DNA of 64,000 nucleotides from Candidatus Babeliales bacterium (GTDB lineage Bacteria; Babelota; Babeliae; Babelales; JBFXEV01): NCBI GenBank assembly GCA_963716425.1, contig OY970310.1, positions 1,670,807 to 1,734,806 of the forward strand, read 5' to 3'. Shown piece by piece: positions 60,717 to 64,000 of this stretch (position 1 is its first letter; each line of letters starts with the position of its first letter). The notes under the pieces were generated by a model. It saw only the letters and a program-made list of their open reading frames with translations, ran no database searches and was not told where the DNA came from. The position numbers and the translations under genes were made by a program.

Positions 60717-63446
60717 GTGACTACTGAAAATTCAAATTGTAACAATAATCTTGCAAGGCTTCACACAATGAAACAATTTGCCCTGTCTTTTTTGCTTACC
60801 GTTTCTCTCGCTTTTAGTCCCATTCTTGCCCAAGATACACCCGATCTTGATTTACCACCCGAACTGACTGAGCTTTTTAAAGATGGTGAAATAGATCCTA
60901 TCAAGTTTCAAGAAGTATTTGCAACACTGCCTGCAGATCAGCAAGAAAAATTGCTGAAAGCTGCAGAAGCTATGATGCAAGAAGTGACACCTCAATTTTC
61001 AGAGATTAAACATTTGGTCATTGGTCAGGTTGGCCAAATCAGCTTTTTACTCCAAGACTTAGGGCAACAAGTTGAAGTAAACAAGAAGCTCCTTATCCCT
61101 AATAAAACTGAAGTTGAAAGCCAAATTGTGGCACTCCAGCAAGAAGTTGAAGAACTCAAACGAACGGCTATGTCTACGGCTCTCCTTGATGATCCACACA
61201 TATTATACAATATGATACTCATTATTGATGAGTTATTGCGATGCATTGATGCAGCCGTTGCTTCTAAACTCACTTCTATACCAGCAATCAATACAGACAA
61301 TATCACCAATCGTTCTATTTCTATGGATGATATTGCGCCAGAGAAATTACAAGCTCATGTTGATATGAATGAAAAAAGGTTAGAGGCTATCCATAAACTC
61401 ACGAATGATATGGGTGCAAGCTGGTTTAATAAAACATATAAAACAATATCCAGCAAAATAAGCCCGTACAATATTTTCTTGGGTGGAGTTGCACTTGGCA
61501 TTGTTACCTATTATATGTACCGTTTTTCAAATGACAGTTTTGGCGCTTATACTCTTGATAAGGATGATAATAGATTAGATAGTTATGGTAATATTATAAA
61601 AACAGATAAAGGTCCATTCCAGAAATTCTGCGAAATAACTCGCGTTCTGCCTTGGTGGAAAAAATATATATCTGGTGAGAAAACTGTACTTTATGATAAA
61701 GATCTTACAAATAACAGCGTTCAGCGCGGGGCCCCTGCAAATCAAGGTGAAAAGACTAATGGCGTAACTGCGTTTGGTAAAACTATTGAAAAGCTAGTGG
61801 AATTGAATATTTTCAACGATGTTACCACGCCTCTCTTTACTCTTGGCGGCATATGCATGCTCTTTCAAGAAAAAGCTCAAGATGCTGTCAAAAAAGCTCG
61901 TAATTTTTTTCTAAAAATGCATGCACAATTGCAAGGCAAGGAAGAATATAAAGCAGTTGATGAATTTGCGCATGAGCCTCGCTTTGTATTAAAGGATGTA
62001 GAAGGCCACGAACACATTAAGCAAGAACTTTCTATATTACCAGCTTATTTTGCCGATCCAGAAAAAATGGACCGTACTGGCAAATCGCCCGGCAGGTTCT
62101 GGATGCTCCACGGCAACTCACGTACAGGCAAAAGTATGCTTGGTGAAGCAATAGCTGGTGAAATAAAAGCTACCTTAAAAGCAAAGGATAGTTCACAAAA
62201 ATTCACATATGTGCCTATTACTGCGGAAATGCTTATGCTCGTGGGCATAGAAGCCGTTATTAATTATGCAAATAATATAAAACCATGCATCATCTGCATA
62301 GATGAATTTGATTTATCTGGTGCACAGCGGGAACGCAATAGCAAACTACTTGCAGAAACACTCAATGCTATGGGTAATGCACAATTGAATGATGAGGTGG
62401 GCAACCAGGTCTTCTTTATATTTATCTGTAACCATATTGAACACAACGACTTTGCATTGATTAACAGAATGGATCACATTATTGAAGTGAATTTGCCAAC
62501 ACTTGGCGATCGCACTCAATTCTTAATTAAAGAATTGAATAAGCAATTCATTTTGGTAACACCTGAATTTGTTGATAAATTGGCGCAAGAAAGTGAAGGC
62601 AAAACTATTGAAGAACTTAAACGAACAATCACTCTTGCAAAACAAGAATCATTTACGTCTCATCAACCGGTAACGGAAGAAAGTCTTCAAAAAGCATTTA
62701 ATCAACAAATACATAAGATGGTATACTCGTATTTGCCTGCGCATTTGCCATTCGGTGAAGATCAAATAATGCAACTTGCAGCTTTCCAGGCAGGAAAAGC
62801 GCTAACGATATCTTATGGAAATAGCAATTTGAAAATTGCGCAGACTACCATTTTGGGTATTCGCAAGAAAATCCATGAGGAATCTATATATAATGAAGCA
62901 ACCCTGGGTAAGCGCAAGCAAAAACCTAAAGATTGGACTAAGTATGGCCAAGTCTTTACGTATCGCTCCCAAGATGCTTTGCAACTTGAAACATATAATG
63001 AACAAGTGAACGCAATAAAGCTTAAACTGGCAGGTCACATAGCTCAAGAAATAGTATGTGGTTCACAAAGTACCAACTATCGCATGAATGCTAAAAACAA
63101 AGCTTATACACTTGCTCGCAAGGTTGTCTTTGCAGGGGTGAATGAAATGGTATTGCCTAAAGATGTGATTACACAACTTAAGCAAGAAACACATGAACTG
63201 GTTATGAAATGCCAAGAAGAAGTTCGTTCACTGTTACTTGAGCACAAAGATCAGCTTATTGAATTAAGTAATAGACTTGCAAAAAGCCATATAGTTTCTG
63301 GCGCTCAAATAGAAGAAATGCTTAAAGGCAAACCGGCTGCTGCCAACATAGAGACCCCGGTTACACCTACACAAGAAGACCAAGTGTCTGAAGTTGTTGC
63401 AATGGAAGCTCAAGCACCGCTTAAAGAAACAGTTGCTACCTCATAA
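60717..63446 (+). CDS. FtsH-like AAA+ membrane protein with an inactivated M41 protease site and a long N-terminal extracytoplasmic domain (909 aa)
   Basis: GTG start 4 nt after GGAGG (alternative ATG at 60768). Signal/TM MKQFALSFLLTVSLAFSPILA plus a second TM IFLGGVALGIVTYYMY. Walker A GNSRTGKS and Walker B IICIDEFD. In the M41-like C-domain the canonical A(Y/F)HEAGHA is AAFQAGKAL, so both Zn-binding His and the catalytic Glu are lost, while LAGHIAQEIVCG is conserved (compare LGGRAAEE). Confidence 0.75.
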   Translation: MTTENSNCNNNLARLHTMKQFALSFLLTVSLAFSPILAQDTPDLDLPPELTELFKDGEIDPIKFQEVFATLPADQQEKLLKAAEAMMQEVTPQFSEIKHLVIGQVGQISFLLQDLGQQVEVNKKLLIPNKTEVESQIVALQQEVEELKRTAMSTALLDDPHILYNMILIIDELLRCIDAAVASKLTSIPAINTDNITNRSISMDDIAPEKLQAHVDMNEKRLEAIHKLTNDMGASWFNKTYKTISSKISPYNIFLGGVALGIVTYYMYRFSNDSFGAYTLDKDDNRLDSYGNIIKTDKGPFQKFCEITRVLPWWKKYISGEKTVLYDKDLTNNSVQRGAPANQGEKTNGVTAFGKTIEKLVELNIFNDVTTPLFTLGGICMLFQEKAQDAVKKARNFFLKMHAQLQGKEEYKAVDEFAHEPRFVLKDVEGHEHIKQELSILPAYFADPEKMDRTGKSPGRFWMLHGNSRTGKSMLGEAIAGEIKATLKAKDSSQKFTYVPITAEMLMLVGIEAVINYANNIKPCIICIDEFDLSGAQRERNSKLLAETLNAMGNAQLNDEVGNQVFFIFICNHIEHNDFALINRMDHIIEVNLPTLGDRTQFLIKELNKQFILVTPEFVDKLAQESEGKTIEELKRTITLAKQESFTSHQPVTEESLQKAFNQQIHKMVYSYLPAHLPFGEDQIMQLAAFQAGKALTISYGNSNLKIAQTTILGIRKKIHEESIYNEATLGKRKQKPKDWTKYGQVFTYRSQDALQLETYNEQVNAIKLKLAGHIAQEIVCGSQSTNYRMNAKNKAYTLARKVVFAGVNEMVLPKDVITQLKQETHELVMKCQEEVRSLLLEHKDQLIELSNRLAKSHIVSGAQIEEMLKGKPAAANIETPVTPTQEDQVSEVVAMEAQAPLKETVATS

Positions 63447-63475
63447 AAACGGCAATTCAAAAAAATGTAAATATT

Positions 63476-63513
63476 AAACCCGCTCATAGAATAATTTTCT
63501 ATGAGCGGGTTTA
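63476..63513. terminator. bidirectional terminator hairpin
   Basis: 15-bp stem AAACCCGCTCATAGA/TCTATGAGCGGGTTT (63476-63490 / 63499-63513) between the FtsH-like gene (+) and a small minus-strand ORF. Confidence 0.8.
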
Positions 63514-63517
63514 TGTA

Positions 63518-63682
63518 TTACGTTTTAAGTATCGCTTTTACTTCTTCCAAGGCAGAAACATCCTCAAGTGCGTGCGTACGTATGTATTCATCAATTATAG
63601 CAATGGCTTTCGTGCGATTTGATTCCATTCCTTGGATCAAATCTTTGTACTTCCCTCTAATATCTCTAATTTTTTTCCGCAT
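63518..63682 (-). CDS. possible small helical protein (54 aa), below the ORF-track cutoff
   Basis: My translation is MRKKIRDIRGKYKDLIQGMESNRTKAIAIIDEYIRTHALEDVSALEEVKAILKT(stop). It lies between rpiB and the terminator hairpin. The + ORF 63501..63755 is antisense to it. No SD is evident. Confidence 0.3.
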   Translation of the reverse strand: MRKKIRDIRGKYKDLIQGMESNRTKAIAIIDEYIRTHALEDVSALEEVKAILKT

Positions 63683-63771
63683 CTTCACTAGCAGCTCTTA
63701 CTCGATCTTTTATTGGAGGTATAGTATCCAAAATCTCTTTAATATGCTCTGGTAGAGGAACAAGAGGTTTT

Positions 63772-64000
63772 TTATAGATCTATTGAATCGATAAGGCTTA
63801 TTCGCTGGGCATAGCGCCCTTCTTTAAACTCTGCAAGAAGCCACACAGTGAACATGGTTTGCGCAAGATCGAACGTAATATAATCAGCAGGAAATACCAA
63901 AACGTTCACATTATCATCTTCCTTGGCAAGTTGAGCAACTTCAGGGCACCAGGCTACCCCCGCATAAATACCAGGAATTCTATTGGCAGCTATTGCCATA
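63772..64000 (-). CDS. rpiB: ribose-5-phosphate isomerase B (RpiB/LacAB family); N-terminus beyond the right window edge
   Basis: The C-terminal part ...MAIAANRIPGIYAGVAWCPEVAQLAKEDDNVNVLVFPADYI...FKEGRYAQRI matches the RpiB pattern (SIAANK.PGIRAA...HN.ANVL..GAR...F.GGRH..R). The apparent Met is internal (G-M-x-IAAN). Confidence 0.75.
   Translation of the reverse strand, partial: MAIAANRIPGIYAGVAWCPEVAQLAKEDDNVNVLVFPADYITFDLAQTMFTVWLLAEFKEGRYAQRISLIDSIDL

Noticed and set aside
1-64000. Search by eye of all intergenic gaps over 60 nt for tRNA, rRNA, tmRNA, transposase/integrase fragments and inverted terminal repeats.
   Set aside because: I found no cloverleaf-compatible or rRNA-like sequence and no mobile-element protein motif. 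A covariance-model scan (tRNAscan/Infernal) would be needed to exclude small RNAs.

Overview
This is a gene-dense, visibly AT-rich bacterial chromosome segment. I recognised no rRNA, tRNA, CRISPR array, transposase or integrase. Housekeeping genes identified from motifs are dnaB, rplI, ileS, murD, ftsW, ruvC, pepA, a partial rpiB, csaA, an M49 DPP-III-type peptidase, a GDPD phosphodiesterase and a TrxR-Trx fusion. They are interleaved with a very large accessory load. There are 16 ankyrin-repeat (ANK) genes plus one remnant, about 17.2 kb or 27% of the window, arranged in several tandem paralog arrays. This profile fits an obligate intracellular associate of protists, for example Dependentiae/TM6-like, but that is inference only.

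Main second-look items:
1. A five-gene cluster (52.9-56.8 kb) of exported Tyr/Gly/Arg/Trp-rich low-complexity proteins. Three of them share a CxxC-less thioredoxin-like head.
2. A signal-peptide + Hint-domain protein followed by two paralogous small ORFs and duplicated remnants of its 3' tail. This looks like a polymorphic toxin/immunity cassette (36.1-37.7 kb).
3. A window-wide N-terminal leader ending in an invariant A/G-M-(D/E/K/Q) on 15 of 16 ANK proteins and several orphan proteins, but not on housekeeping exported proteins.
4. Three tandem ANK paralogs ending in eukaryotic CaaX boxes (CVIC, CTIC, CVVC).
5. Three tandem ANK proteins with a C-terminal F-box/PRANC-like module.
6. A minor-pseudopilin operon directly upstream of ANK genes.
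7. An FtsH-like protein with a destroyed HExxH site.
8. A dcw cluster interrupted by an ANK gene and a chagasin-family protease inhibitor.

All functional calls come from motif reading by eye. No database search was possible.
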